A stretch of DNA of 64,000 nucleotides. It comes from Nitrospirota bacterium (lineage in GTDB: Bacteria; Nitrospirota; UBA9217). Under the pieces are notes generated by a model. That model saw only the letters and a list, made by a program, of their open reading frames with translations, did no database searches and was not told where the DNA came from. Numbering within the stretch: the stretch's first letter is position 1; each line of letters opens with the position of its first letter. The translations under genes were made by a program, and so were the position numbers. Positions 37,973-48,537 of this stretch are shown piece after piece. The stretch spans positions 128,001-192,000 of the forward strand of contig CAWIYV010000004.1 in assembly GCA_963840455.1 (NCBI GenBank), written 5' to 3'.

Positions 37973-39421
37973 ATGGCAAAGCTCATCAAGACCGTCATCC
38001 TCCTCTTCTGGGTCGTGATGATGGGACTCCTCATCCACCGCACCTATCTCCGCCCCACGTCGGTCATCGCGCTGGACGTCATCACCGAGGAAGGTATTAA
38101 GACCGGCGATGAGTGGTTCGGGATCTACCAGCAGGATCGGAAGATCGGCTACGCCCACATGCGCGTGACGCTCGAAGGCGACGCCTATCACCTCGTCGAG
38201 GAGTCGGAAATGGACATCCTGGCGCTGGAGCGCGTCCAGCGCATCAGGACCGTCACCAACAGCTACGCCGCCAAGAACTTCCTGCTCAAGTATTTCGACT
38301 TCTCCCTCCGGTCCGATCTGTCGAGCATGGACATGAAGGGCGCCGTGGTGGGCAAACAGCTCGTGCTGGATATCATCACCGCAGGTGAAACGCGCAAGCA
38401 GAAGATCATCCTCAAAGAGCCACCGTACCTTTCGCCGAACCTGAAGCCTGCCCTGGTGCTGATGGGCCTGGAGCCCGGCAAGCGGTACCGGTTCCCGCTC
38501 TTCAACCCCGCGACCATGAGCACCGAGGACGCCTTCGTCAGCGTGGAGTCGAAGGAGACTATCAAGGTCGGCGACAGGTCGCAGACGGTCTATAAATTGA
38601 AGGAAGCCTTCCAGGGCATGGAGGCCTTCTCGTGGATCACCCAGGAGGGCGAGACCCTGAAGGAAGAAAGCCCCCTCGGATACTCCCTGCTGAAGGAAAC
38701 GCGGGTCGAGGCCATGAAGCGGGACAAGCGCGGACCGGCAGTGGACATCATCTCCCTGGTGAAGATCCCCTCGTCTCCCATCGAGAATTCAGCAGGGGTG
38801 AAAACGATGCGGGCACGGCTCTCGGGAGCGCCGCTCACGGGGTTCGAACTGGACGGCGGCAGGCAGTCCTGGAAGGACGGCGTCCTGTCGGTCAGGTCCG
38901 TGGCCGGGACCGGCTCCTACCCTATCCCCTACACCGGGAAGGACCATGCCGAGGACCTTCAGGCAACCATGCTGGTGCAGAGCGATGACCGGACCATCCG
39001 CGAGCAGGCTGCCAAGATCGTGGGCAAAGAACAGGACGCGGCTGAGGCCACGAAGAAGCTGAACTCCTGGGTCTACGAGACGATCGACAAGCAGGCGGTC
39101 GTGAGCATCCCGAGCGCTGTCGAGGTCCTGCAGCAGAAGGTGGGCGACTGCAACGAGCATACGACGCTGTATGCCGCGCTGGCCCGCGCCGCGGGCATCC
39201 CCACGCGCATGGCCGCGGGCATCGTATATATGAAGAACGGCTTCTACTACCATGCCTGGCCCGAAGTCTGGCTCGGCGAATGGACGGCCATCGATCCCAC
39301 GTTCGGCCAGTTCCCGGCTGACGCAACGCACATCCGCTTCGTCACCGGTGACCTTGCGAAGCAGGCCGAGATCCTGAAGCTTGTGGGGAAGCTGAAGGTG
39401 GAAGTGCTGGAGTACAAATGA
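37973..39421 (+). CDS. Membrane-anchored transglutaminase-like protein
   Basis: GDCNEH, HAWPEVW, DPT Cys-His-Asp triad. Confidence 0.88.
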   Translation: MAKLIKTVILLFWVVMMGLLIHRTYLRPTSVIALDVITEEGIKTGDEWFGIYQQDRKIGYAHMRVTLEGDAYHLVEESEMDILALERVQRIRTVTNSYAAKNFLLKYFDFSLRSDLSSMDMKGAVVGKQLVLDIITAGETRKQKIILKEPPYLSPNLKPALVLMGLEPGKRYRFPLFNPATMSTEDAFVSVESKETIKVGDRSQTVYKLKEAFQGMEAFSWITQEGETLKEESPLGYSLLKETRVEAMKRDKRGPAVDIISLVKIPSSPIENSAGVKTMRARLSGAPLTGFELDGGRQSWKDGVLSVRSVAGTGSYPIPYTGKDHAEDLQATMLVQSDDRTIREQAAKIVGKEQDAAEATKKLNSWVYETIDKQAVVSIPSAVEVLQQKVGDCNEHTTLYAALARAAGIPTRMAAGIVYMKNGFYYHAWPEVWLGEWTAIDPTFGQFPADATHIRFVTGDLAKQAEILKLVGKLKVEVLEYK

Positions 39422-39480
39422 TTTGGAGCCACAGATGACCGACAGTAGGCGCCCCTTCATCCGCGGTTAAACAGAGACCC

Positions 39481-40209
39481 ATGATCAAACTCACCAACCT
39501 CACCAAGGTCTACGGCAACCTCACCGCCGTGAAGAGCATCGATCTCGAGGTCAAGGCCGGCGAGATCTTCGGCTTTCTCGGCCCCAACGGCGCGGGCAAG
39601 ACCACGACCATCAAGATGATGGCGGGACTCCTCCAGCCCACGGGCGGGAGCGTGGCGATCGGCGGCTTCGATGTGCAGAAGGAGCCGCTCCAGGCCAAGG
39701 CCATCACCGGCTTCATCCCCGACCGGCCGTACCTCTACGAGAAGTTAACCGCCGGCGAGTTCATGCGGTTCGTCGCGGAGCTGTACACCATGCCGACCGC
39801 GGACGGCCGCATCGACGAACTGCTCAGGCTCTTCGGCCTGACCGACTGGGTCGGCGAGCTGGTCGAGAACTTCTCCCACGGCATGAAGCAGCGGCTCGTC
39901 ATGGCCTCGTCCCTCCTGCACCGCCCGAAGGTCCTCGTCGTGGACGAACCCATGGTGGGCCTCGACCCCCGCGGCGCCAGGCTGGTGAAGGACCTCTTCA
40001 AGGACCTTGCCTCGCAGGGCGTGACGATCTTCATGTCCACCCACACCCTCGAGATCGTCGAAGCCATGTGCACCCGCGTGGCAATCATCAACAAGGGCGA
40101 GATCATTGCCGGCGGCAGCGTCGAAGAGCTGGGGCGCCTGGCGCGGATGGAGAACAGCCACCTGGAGCCCATCTTCCTGAAGCTGACGGGCGGCGACGAA
40201 ACGATCTAG
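39481..40209 (+). CDS. ABC transporter ATP-binding protein
   Basis: GPNGAGKT, FSHGMKQR, VVDEP. Confidence 0.92.
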   Translation: MIKLTNLTKVYGNLTAVKSIDLEVKAGEIFGFLGPNGAGKTTTIKMMAGLLQPTGGSVAIGGFDVQKEPLQAKAITGFIPDRPYLYEKLTAGEFMRFVAELYTMPTADGRIDELLRLFGLTDWVGELVENFSHGMKQRLVMASSLLHRPKVLVVDEPMVGLDPRGARLVKDLFKDLASQGVTIFMSTHTLEIVEAMCTRVAIINKGEIIAGGSVEELGRLARMENSHLEPIFLKLTGGDETI

Positions 40210-40229
40210 GACCGCGCCTCGGAGGGACC

Positions 40230-41984
40230 ATGCAGATCAAGGACTATCTTCCCTTTCTCCACTGGTGGCCAAAGGTCACGCGGCTTACGCTGCGCGCCGA
40301 TATCATGGCCGGGATCACCGGCGCGGTCATTGTGCTTCCCCAGGGCGTCGCCTTCGCGATCATTGCCGGTCTACCGCCCGAATACGGCCTTTACTCGGCG
40401 ATCGTCCCGGCGATCATCGCGGCGTTGCTCGGCTCTTCCCATCATCTGATATCCGGGCCCACCACCGCCATCTCCATCGTCATTTTCACGACCGTGAGCC
40501 CGCTGGCCGATCCATTAGGCTCTCATTATATCCAGATGGTGCTGACCCTCACATTCCTCGCCGGTCTGTTCCAGTTCGGTCTCGGCCTGGCCCATCTCGG
40601 AGCGTTGGTCAATTTCGTGTCTCACTCCGTCGTCGTCGGGTTCACGTCCGGCGCCGCCCTGCTCATAGCCACGAGCCAGCTCAGCAACTTCTTCGGCGTC
40701 CCCGGGTCGAAACGGCACGCCTTCATCCATTTGTGGGAGGACCTGCTGAGCGCGCTTCCTCACACCAATCCCTACGCGCTCGCCATCGCCGTTGCGACGC
40801 TGATCACCGCGATCCTGTTCCGGCGTTATTTTCCGCGACTTCCGGGCATGCTCTTCGCCATGGTCATCGGCAGCGTGCTGGCCTCGGTGCTGAGCGCAAA
40901 GGAGCACGGCGTTCGGCTCATCGGCTCCCTTCCGGGCCACCTGCCACCTCTGTCCAGCCCCGACCTCTCGACCGCCTCGGTGCGCGAGCTTGCGCCGGCC
41001 GCGCTTGCCGTTGCCATGCTCGGCCTCACCGAAGCGGTGTCCATTGCCCGAGCGGTCGCCACGCGCTCGCACCAGCGCATCGACAGCAACCAGGAGTTCA
41101 TCGGCCAGGGGCTATCCAACATCATCGGCAGTTTCTTTTCGAGCTACGCGGCGTCGGGCTCCTTCACCCGCACGGGAGTGAACTACGAGTCTGGCGCAAG
41201 AACGCCGATGGCCGCCGTCTTTGCCGCGCTGTCTCTCGCTGCCATCCTCCTGCTGATCGCTCCGCTCACAGCCTATCTTCCCATCGCGTCCATGGCGGGC
41301 GTGTTGCTGGTCGTTGCTTATGGGCTCATCGACTTTCATCATATCAGGACAATCGTCAGGACGAGCAAACCCGAAGCCGCGGTGCTCGCTGTCACATTCA
41401 TGGCAACGCTCCTCGTGGAACTGGAGTTCGCGATCTACGTGGGCGTCATCCTTTCCCTCCTGCTGTACCTCAACCGGACGTCCCATCCGCACTTCATCAC
41501 CCTTGCTCCGGACCCGGACAGCGACCGGCGGAGCTTTATCAATATCACGAGGAAGCCGGTGGATGAGTGCCCGCAGCTCAAGATCATCCGCATCGACGGA
41601 TCGCTCTTCTTCGGTGCCGTGGACCATTTCGCCCAGGAGCTGCGCGCCATAACTAGGAACACGCCCGAGCAGGCCCACATTTTGATCGTCGGGAGCGGCA
41701 TCAACTTCATCGATGTCGCGGGTTGCGAAGCCCTTGCCAATGAGGCGCACCGCCTGCACGTAAGCGGACGGAAACTGTACCTCTGCACGCTGAAGAGCGA
41801 GGTATTGAACACCCTGAAGCGCGGGGGATATTGCCGCCGTATCGGCGAGGAGAACGTGTTCCCCTCCAAACTCGAGGCGATCGAGAAGATCGTGCCGCGC
41901 CTCGACCCGGAGCGGTGCCGGATCTGCACGGTGCGCATCTTCCGCGAGTGCGCGCACATGCCCGGCGCGAGACCGCCTTTATGA
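40230..41984 (+). CDS. SulP family anion transporter with STAS domain
   Basis: LPQGVAFA, GSSHHLISGP, NQEFIGQG, STAS IRIDGSLFFG. Confidence 0.92.
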   Translation: MQIKDYLPFLHWWPKVTRLTLRADIMAGITGAVIVLPQGVAFAIIAGLPPEYGLYSAIVPAIIAALLGSSHHLISGPTTAISIVIFTTVSPLADPLGSHYIQMVLTLTFLAGLFQFGLGLAHLGALVNFVSHSVVVGFTSGAALLIATSQLSNFFGVPGSKRHAFIHLWEDLLSALPHTNPYALAIAVATLITAILFRRYFPRLPGMLFAMVIGSVLASVLSAKEHGVRLIGSLPGHLPPLSSPDLSTASVRELAPAALAVAMLGLTEAVSIARAVATRSHQRIDSNQEFIGQGLSNIIGSFFSSYAASGSFTRTGVNYESGARTPMAAVFAALSLAAILLLIAPLTAYLPIASMAGVLLVVAYGLIDFHHIRTIVRTSKPEAAVLAVTFMATLLVELEFAIYVGVILSLLLYLNRTSHPHFITLAPDPDSDRRSFINITRKPVDECPQLKIIRIDGSLFFGAVDHFAQELRAITRNTPEQAHILIVGSGINFIDVAGCEALANEAHRLHVSGRKLYLCTLKSEVLNTLKRGGYCRRIGEENVFPSKLEAIEKIVPRLDPERCRICTVRIFRECAHMPGARPPL

Positions 41985-41987
41985 CCC

Positions 41988-42722
41988 ATGCGCTACGCGA
42001 TCCTGTCCGATATCCATGCGAACCTCGAAGCGTTCCATGCCGTGCTGGCGCGGACCGCGGAGCTGGGCGCGGACCAGGTGCTCTGTCTCGGCGATGTTGT
42101 GGGATACAATGCGGACCCGAACGCCTGCGTTGATATCGTGCGGAACGAAGGCATCGCCTGTGTTATGGGGAACCACGATGCCGCTGCCTGCGGTGCCGAG
42201 GAGCCGGACAGCTTCAATCCGGCGGCGCGGGCAGCGGTCCTCTGGACACGGGAGGTCCTGACAGCGGAGAACAAGGATCTCCTGCGGGGCCTGCCCCGGC
42301 ATCTGCAGTTCGGCAACATGGTCCTCTGCCACGGTTCGATCAACGACACGGACCAATATATCTTCGAGGACAGCGACGTGCGTGAAAATCTTGCCGTGAT
42401 GGAAACGCTGCCGAGCAGGCCGCAGGTCTGCTTCTTCGGCCATACGCACATGAAGGCCGCCTACAGCATCGCAGGGGGTGTCTTATCCAGGGCGCTGTCG
42501 GACAAGATCCTCCTGGCTGGCGGCACACGGTATCTCATCAACCCCGGCGGCGTCGGGCAGCCTAGGGACGGCGACCCGCAGACACCGTTCCTTCTCTATG
42601 ATACGGCGGACAGGACGGTCGTCTTCCATCGTGTGGAGTACGACATCGCCGCCTGCCAGAGAAAGATCCTCCGGGCTGGCCTGCCCGCGAGGCTGGCGGA
42701 ACGTCTGGCGATGGGAAGATGA
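41988..42722 (+). CDS. Metallophosphoesterase
   Basis: SDIH, GDVVG, GNHD, HG, GHTH, GQPRDGDP. Confidence 0.9.
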   Translation: MRYAILSDIHANLEAFHAVLARTAELGADQVLCLGDVVGYNADPNACVDIVRNEGIACVMGNHDAAACGAEEPDSFNPAARAAVLWTREVLTAENKDLLRGLPRHLQFGNMVLCHGSINDTDQYIFEDSDVRENLAVMETLPSRPQVCFFGHTHMKAAYSIAGGVLSRALSDKILLAGGTRYLINPGGVGQPRDGDPQTPFLLYDTADRTVVFHRVEYDIAACQRKILRAGLPARLAERLAMGR

Positions 42723-42879
42723 GGAAGTTCATAGGTCATAGGTCACATAGTTCATAGTTCAAGGCTGAAGGTTCAACATTCTGATACCAGGATTTTCTCT
42801 GCGTCCTCTGCGTCTCTGCGATAAAAGATTTTTATCAACGTTTTGTCTGTATTCGTGCCAGACCGGTGAAAATTGAATT

Positions 42880-44568
42880 ATGCTTATTCTCTTGCTTCCC
42901 CGCTATCACGCCGTCAAGAACCGCCTCATGCGCCTCAAGCCGGGCGACGGGCTGAAGACCTTGATCCTCGCGCTCCTGGGGGTCGCGTTCTGGGCCTTCC
43001 TGTTCATCGTGGCGTACCGGGTGCTCACCTATTTCCGGACCGTGGAAGGGCTCGGCGACCTGCTGGCCTTGCGGCTCCTGTCCATGGTCCTTCTGACCTT
43101 TTTCTCGATCCTGGTGTTCAGCAACATCGTCACGTCCCTCTCCACATTCTATCTCTCGGGCGAGTTGGACATCCTGCATTCCTCCCCCGTCAGGGTCGAG
43201 AGCATCTACCGCGCCAAGTTCATCGAGACGCTGATCGACTCGTCGTGGATGACCCTCATCTACGGCCTGCCGGTCTTCATCGCCTACGGAGCGGTGTTCA
43301 AGGCGGGGGCCTCATACTACACCGGCCTCCTGCTCACGATCGTGCCGTTCCTGATCATCCCCGCGGCCATCGGCATCATCGTGACCATGCTGCTCGTCTC
43401 CGCCTTCCCGGCGCGCCGCGCCCGCGATATCCTGGTGCTGCTGGGACTCCTCTTCTTCGTGGTCCTCTACATCCTGTTCCGCATGCTCCGGCCCGAGAAG
43501 CTCGTTGACCCCGACGCCTTCCCCACCCTCGTACAGTACCTGACGGCAATGCGCGGCCCCGTGTCGCCGCTCTTCCCGAGCTCCTGGGCATCGGACGCGC
43601 TGTCGCCGCTGCTTAAGCGGGGGGCGGGCGAGGCCGTCTTCTTTCTGCTCATGCTCTGGAGCACAGCCCTGGCCGGCATCGTCATCGGAGAATGGGCCTG
43701 CAGCAGGATCTACTACGCCGGGTGGTCCCGTTCGCAGGAAGGCAAGAAGGCGAGGCTGTCGCGCTCACGGGCCGCTGACCTCTTCTTCCATATCGCCGTC
43801 CTGCCGTTCCGGGGAAGGATGCGGGCCATCGTGCAGAAGGACATCAAGCTCTTCTTCCGGGACGCCTCCCAGTGGTCCCAGCTCTTCCTGCTCCTGGCGC
43901 TCACGATCGTATACATCTACAGTTTCAAGCTGCTGCCGCTGGAACGCTCGCCCCTGCCCACGATCTTCATCCAGAACCTCATTTCGTTCCTGAACCTCGG
44001 CATGGTGGGCTTCGTCACATCGGCCGTGGCGGTGCGGTTCGTGTTCCCGGCGGTGAGCCTCGAGGGCGAATCCTTCTGGATCGTCCGTTCGTCGCCGCTG
44101 CCGCTCAAGGATCTCCTCTGGGCCAAGTTCTGGTCCAGCGTGCTCCCCCTGCTCGTCCTCGCCGAGGTCCTGATCGTCCTGTCGAACGTCCTGCTCAAGG
44201 TCTCGACGCTTATGATGGCCATCGGCGTCACCACGGTCGCCCTCATGACCTTCGGCATCGCCGCCCTCGGGATCGGCATGGGCGCCATATTCCCCCGCTT
44301 CCGGTACGAGAACGTGGCGCAGATCCCCACGGGCTTCGGCGGCATCGCGTACATGATCGTGACCATGCTGTTCATCGGTGCGGTCATCACGCTCGAAGCC
44401 TGGCCCGTCTACCGCATATTCCTGTCCCATTCCATCGGAGCCGGTATGGGCCCGGCAAGATGGGCATGGGCGGCCCTTTCCTTCTTCCTGGTCATCGTCC
44501 TGAACGTCCTGGCGGTCATTTTGCCCATGAAAACAGGCTTGAAACGCCTCATGGCCCGGGAAATCTAG
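42880..44568 (+). CDS. Putative ABC exporter permease
   Basis: Many TM helices; KDIKLFFRD and PAVSLEG motifs. Confidence 0.8.
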   Translation: MLILLLPRYHAVKNRLMRLKPGDGLKTLILALLGVAFWAFLFIVAYRVLTYFRTVEGLGDLLALRLLSMVLLTFFSILVFSNIVTSLSTFYLSGELDILHSSPVRVESIYRAKFIETLIDSSWMTLIYGLPVFIAYGAVFKAGASYYTGLLLTIVPFLIIPAAIGIIVTMLLVSAFPARRARDILVLLGLLFFVVLYILFRMLRPEKLVDPDAFPTLVQYLTAMRGPVSPLFPSSWASDALSPLLKRGAGEAVFFLLMLWSTALAGIVIGEWACSRIYYAGWSRSQEGKKARLSRSRAADLFFHIAVLPFRGRMRAIVQKDIKLFFRDASQWSQLFLLLALTIVYIYSFKLLPLERSPLPTIFIQNLISFLNLGMVGFVTSAVAVRFVFPAVSLEGESFWIVRSSPLPLKDLLWAKFWSSVLPLLVLAEVLIVLSNVLLKVSTLMMAIGVTTVALMTFGIAALGIGMGAIFPRFRYENVAQIPTGFGGIAYMIVTMLFIGAVITLEAWPVYRIFLSHSIGAGMGPARWAWAALSFFLVIVLNVLAVILPMKTGLKRLMAREI

Positions 44569-44580
44569 ATTCCTTCCTGA

Positions 44581-44596
44581 CCACAATATATTGTGG
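44581..44596. promoter_or_regulatory. NrdR-box-like palindrome
   Basis: Perfect 16-bp palindrome CCACAATATATTGTGG. Confidence 0.65.
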
Positions 44597-44635
44597 TTTT
44601 CAGACAAATCAATACCTTACCTTGTTATTTTTCCC

Positions 44636-44664
44636 TTTACAAAACCCTGGTCGTATGATATAAA
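44636..44664 (+). promoter_or_regulatory. Sigma-70 promoter for smc
   Basis: TTTACA-17 nt-TATAAA with extended TG. Confidence 0.55.
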
Positions 44665-44745
44665 CCGAGTTGAAAATCGTTCGGATCACCATGCCGCTCT
44701 ATTGGATTTTGAACCTTGAATTTTCTTTTTCCTTTGAGGAGTCCT

Positions 44746-47700
44746 ATGCAGCTCAAGTCCCTCGACATGCTCGGCTTCAAATCCTTCTTCGAGAAGACCA
44801 CGCTCCATTTCCAATCCGGAGTCACTGCCGTGGTCGGTCCCAACGGGTGCGGCAAGAGCAACATCTCCGACGCCATCCGCTGGGTGCTGGGCGAACAGAG
44901 CGCCAAGCACCTTCGCGGCGACAAGATGGAGGATGTGATCTTCAACGGCAGCGAGTCCCGCAAGCCCCTCGGCCTGGCCGAGGTGACCCTCACGCTCGCT
45001 AACGTGTCGGGCCTGCCGTCGGAGTTCGGCCAGTACAGCGAGATCGAGATCACCCGCAGGCTCTACCGCTCCGGCGAGAGCGAGTACCTGATCAACAAGA
45101 TCCCCTGCCGCCTGAAGGACATCCGCGACATCATGATGGACGCCGGCGTGGGCGCCAAACTCCATGCCATCATCGAGCAGGACCGCGTCAAGAAGATCAT
45201 CGAGTCCAAGCCGGAGGACCGCCGGTTCCTGTTCGAGGAAGTGGCGGGTGTGATGAAGTACAAGGCCCGGCGGCAGGAGGCCCTCTCCAAGCTAGAGTCC
45301 ACCCAGCAGAACCAGCTCCGCGTGAACGACATCCTGACCGAGGTGAAGCGCCAGGTCAACTCTCTGGACCGCCAGGCCAAGAAGGCCGAGCGGTACCAGA
45401 AGCTCCGGGCAGAGATGAAGGACCTGGAGCTCCGGCTTGCCAGCGTTGAGTATGCCAACCTCGGCGGGGAGTGGACAACGTCGACGGGCGAGTTCAAGGA
45501 GGCGGAGGACGAGGTCACCGGGCTCCACGCCTCGCTCAGCACGATCGAGGCCGCCATCGAGGAGACCCGAGCCGAGGCGCTGTCGTCGGAGCGCGAGCTA
45601 GCCCTTCTCCAGCACCAGTTCCATGAGACCGAGAACGCCCTGCGGCAGGCCGAGCACCGTGTCGAGATGTCCCGGACCCAGATCGCGGCGCTCACGGAGC
45701 AGCGCGGCAGGGACCTGAAGGACATCGAGTACCTCAGCCAGGAGTCCGAGCGGAACGCGGAGCAAAAGAAACGCTTCGACGAAGAGTCCGGCAGCATTGC
45801 GGCGACCCTTGCCAGCCAGAACGCCATCCTCCTTGAACGGACCGCAGCATTCGAGGAGCTCGCCCGGTCGCTCAAGGGCAGGGAGGCCGCCCTGGAAGCG
45901 GCCCGTGCGGGCGTATATACCGCCATGACCGATGCCGCCGCGGAAAAGGCCCGAATCGCAAATCTGGAAATGCGCATCCACCAGCTCGACGAGATGGATG
46001 GGCGGTCACAGGCAGAAGCGGACGAGCTCGCGAAGAAGTGGGAAGGCCTGAAGGTGCTCCTCGGCCAGAAAGAACAGGAGATTGGTGCGATTGCCAGCCG
46101 GAGATCCGGCCTTCAGGAAGAGCATGCCCGCGTCACTGCCCGGCTGGAGGCTGCCGTGACGCGGAAAAAGGAGCTTGACGCAGAGCTCGGCGCGACGAAG
46201 AACCGCCTCGCCGGACAAAGCTCGCGCCTCCACTCGCTCATCGAGCTCGAGCAAAGCCTCGAAGGGTACCAGAAGGGCGTGCAGTCCGTGATGGCGGCGA
46301 AGAAGCAGGCCTCTGCAGAGCGGGTGGGCACCATCCACGGCCTCGTGGCGGACATCATCGAAACGGAGCCGAAGTATGAGACGGCCATCGAGGCGGTCCT
46401 GGGCGACCGGCTTCAGAACGTCGTCGTCGGCTCGCAGAACGATTCGCTTAAGGCCATCGAATATCTCAAGTCGAGCGGCGGCGGACGGAGCACCTTCATC
46501 CCCGAGACCCCGCGCGAGATCAGGACCGAGCCCTTCGTGAAGAACGGCCACGCCGGCGTCATCGGGAACGCCCTGGGTGTGGTGCGCTATAAGGACGATT
46601 ACAAGAACGTGGCGCAGTACCTTCTGGGCGACGTGGTGGTCGTGGACACCATGGATACGGCGCTCTACCTCTGGCACAAGAACGGCATCCACAAGACCAT
46701 CGTGACGCTGACCGGCGAGATCGTGGACCCCTGGGGCGCGGTCACCGGCGGCACCGCCGACGCGGGCGGGTCCGGCATGCTGCGGAAGCGGCGTGAGATC
46801 AAGGACCTGGAGAGCGAGGTGGCGGCCCTCGGGGCACGCATCACCGGGATCGAACAGGACGTCCATGCCCTGGAGGCCTCCATCAAGGCGGACACGCGCG
46901 CCGAGGCGGAGCTTTCCGACGAGGTCCACAAGGCCGAACTGGAGCTCCTGCACCAGGAAAAGGACGCTGACGCGCTCCGTGACGAGGCGAACCGCACCGA
47001 GGCCCGCGCGAACACCCTTGCGGCGGAACGCGCCGAGCGGGCCGCACGGCGGACGGAATTCCGTACCGAGATCGACCGTTCTTCCGCCATGCTCCGGGAC
47101 CTCGAGGACGGCCACAGCAGCGCCCAGGCCAGCATCGAGACCCTTCAGCGCGAGCTTGCCGCGGAGCGCGAGAACCTGGAAACAACCCGTGCCGGCATCA
47201 CCGACATCCGCATGGCCGTCGCCGCCCTTCAGGAGAAGCAGGCCGCTGCTGCGAAAGGCGTCGAGGCCCTCGAGCTTGCCGGCGTGGACCTCGCCGAGCG
47301 GCTGCGGAAACGCGAGGCCGAGATCGGCGAGATCGCCGGAAAGGTCCGGGAGCTCGGCGACGCCATCACCGCAGCCGAGGAGGATATCCGCGGCCACATC
47401 ACGGCCCTCGAGCGGGAACGCGAGACCCTGGCCGTCAGGCAGGAGGCCCACGCCGAAAAGACCAGCGCCCTCGGCTCCCATGAGGAGGAGGCCCGCCAGG
47501 TCCGGCACGACATCGACGCGGCGCAGAAGCGCCTGTCGGGGATCGAGGTCAGGCGCACCGAGCTCCGCATGAAGATCGAGCACCTGAAGGACAACATCTG
47601 GACCGGCTACCACACCGAGCTGGAGGCCGTGGTGCAGGAGCTGGGCCAATTCGAGATCGACCTGGACGCGTCGAAGCACCGGGTCAGCGAGCTCCGCGAG

Positions 47701-48321
47701 AAGATCGACCAGATGGGGCCCATCAATGTGGATGCGCTCCAGGAGTACAACGAGCTCAAGGAGCGCTACGACGTCCTCTCGGCCCAGCAGCAGGACATCA
47801 ACGAGTCCATCGCGAACCTCAAGGCTACCATCGCCAAGCTCGACGTCGAGACCATCGAGCTCTTCACCCAGTCGTTCGCCGCCATCCAGCAGAAGTTTCG
47901 CGAGGTCTTCACCCGCCTCTTCGAGGGCGGGCGCGCGGACGTCATCCTGCTCGACCCGGCCAACGTCCTCGAGTCGGGCATCGAGATCGTGGCCCAGCCG
48001 CGGGGCAAGAAGGTCCAGAGCATCACGTCGCTGTCGGGCGGTGAGAAGGCGCTGACGGCCATCGCCCTGCTGTTCGCGGCCTTCCTCGTGAAGCCGAGCC
48101 CCTTCTGCATGCTCGACGAGGCGGACGCCCCCCTGGACGCGTCCAATGTGATGCGCTTCACCCGGCTCATCCGCGAGATGAGCGACCGCTCTCAGTTCAT
48201 CGTCATCACGCACAAGACGGGGACCATGGAGATGGCAGACGCGCTGTACGGCATCACCATGGACGAACCCGGCTGTTCCAAGGTGGTCTCCGTGAAGCTC
48301 CGCGAGGCGGCCCTGGCGTAG
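44746..48321 (+). CDS. smc: Chromosome segregation protein SMC
   Basis: GFKSF, GPNGCGKSN, hinge, LSGGEK, LDEADAPLD. Confidence 0.97.
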   Translation: MQLKSLDMLGFKSFFEKTTLHFQSGVTAVVGPNGCGKSNISDAIRWVLGEQSAKHLRGDKMEDVIFNGSESRKPLGLAEVTLTLANVSGLPSEFGQYSEIEITRRLYRSGESEYLINKIPCRLKDIRDIMMDAGVGAKLHAIIEQDRVKKIIESKPEDRRFLFEEVAGVMKYKARRQEALSKLESTQQNQLRVNDILTEVKRQVNSLDRQAKKAERYQKLRAEMKDLELRLASVEYANLGGEWTTSTGEFKEAEDEVTGLHASLSTIEAAIEETRAEALSSERELALLQHQFHETENALRQAEHRVEMSRTQIAALTEQRGRDLKDIEYLSQESERNAEQKKRFDEESGSIAATLASQNAILLERTAAFEELARSLKGREAALEAARAGVYTAMTDAAAEKARIANLEMRIHQLDEMDGRSQAEADELAKKWEGLKVLLGQKEQEIGAIASRRSGLQEEHARVTARLEAAVTRKKELDAELGATKNRLAGQSSRLHSLIELEQSLEGYQKGVQSVMAAKKQASAERVGTIHGLVADIIETEPKYETAIEAVLGDRLQNVVVGSQNDSLKAIEYLKSSGGGRSTFIPETPREIRTEPFVKNGHAGVIGNALGVVRYKDDYKNVAQYLLGDVVVVDTMDTALYLWHKNGIHKTIVTLTGEIVDPWGAVTGGTADAGGSGMLRKRREIKDLESEVAALGARITGIEQDVHALEASIKADTRAEAELSDEVHKAELELLHQEKDADALRDEANRTEARANTLAAERAERAARRTEFRTEIDRSSAMLRDLEDGHSSAQASIETLQRELAAERENLETTRAGITDIRMAVAALQEKQAAAAKGVEALELAGVDLAERLRKREAEIGEIAGKVRELGDAITAAEEDIRGHITALERERETLAVRQEAHAEKTSALGSHEEEARQVRHDIDAAQKRLSGIEVRRTELRMKIEHLKDNIWTGYHTELEAVVQELGQFEIDLDASKHRVSELREKIDQMGPINVDALQEYNELKERYDVLSAQQQDINESIANLKATIAKLDVETIELFTQSFAAIQQKFREVFTRLFEGGRADVILLDPANVLESGIEIVAQPRGKKVQSITSLSGGEKALTAIALLFAAFLVKPSPFCMLDEADAPLDASNVMRFTRLIREMSDRSQFIVITHKTGTMEMADALYGITMDEPGCSKVVSVKLREAALA

Positions 48322-48537
48322 CCTCCCCGCATCCGATGTGCTTCTCCTGTCCGAGCTGATCCTCTGCCTCCTGACTTGCCCAGGCGGCAGGGGACAGCCC
48401 TGGCAGTGCGTTCCAGCAGGACCGGACTTGCCCCGGTCCTGTTTTTATTTGATGCATCCCCATACGGTTTCCTCGTGACCTCAGTGTTGGCCTTAACGTA
48501 TTTCCTGCTTCATCATCCTTGCTTTCGCCGTATCGGC

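Noticed and set aside
46006-48213. Long antisense ORFs (also 10240..11886, 14060..15262, 7186..8571)
   Set aside because: Shadow frames opposite well-supported GC-rich genes, with no motifs of their own
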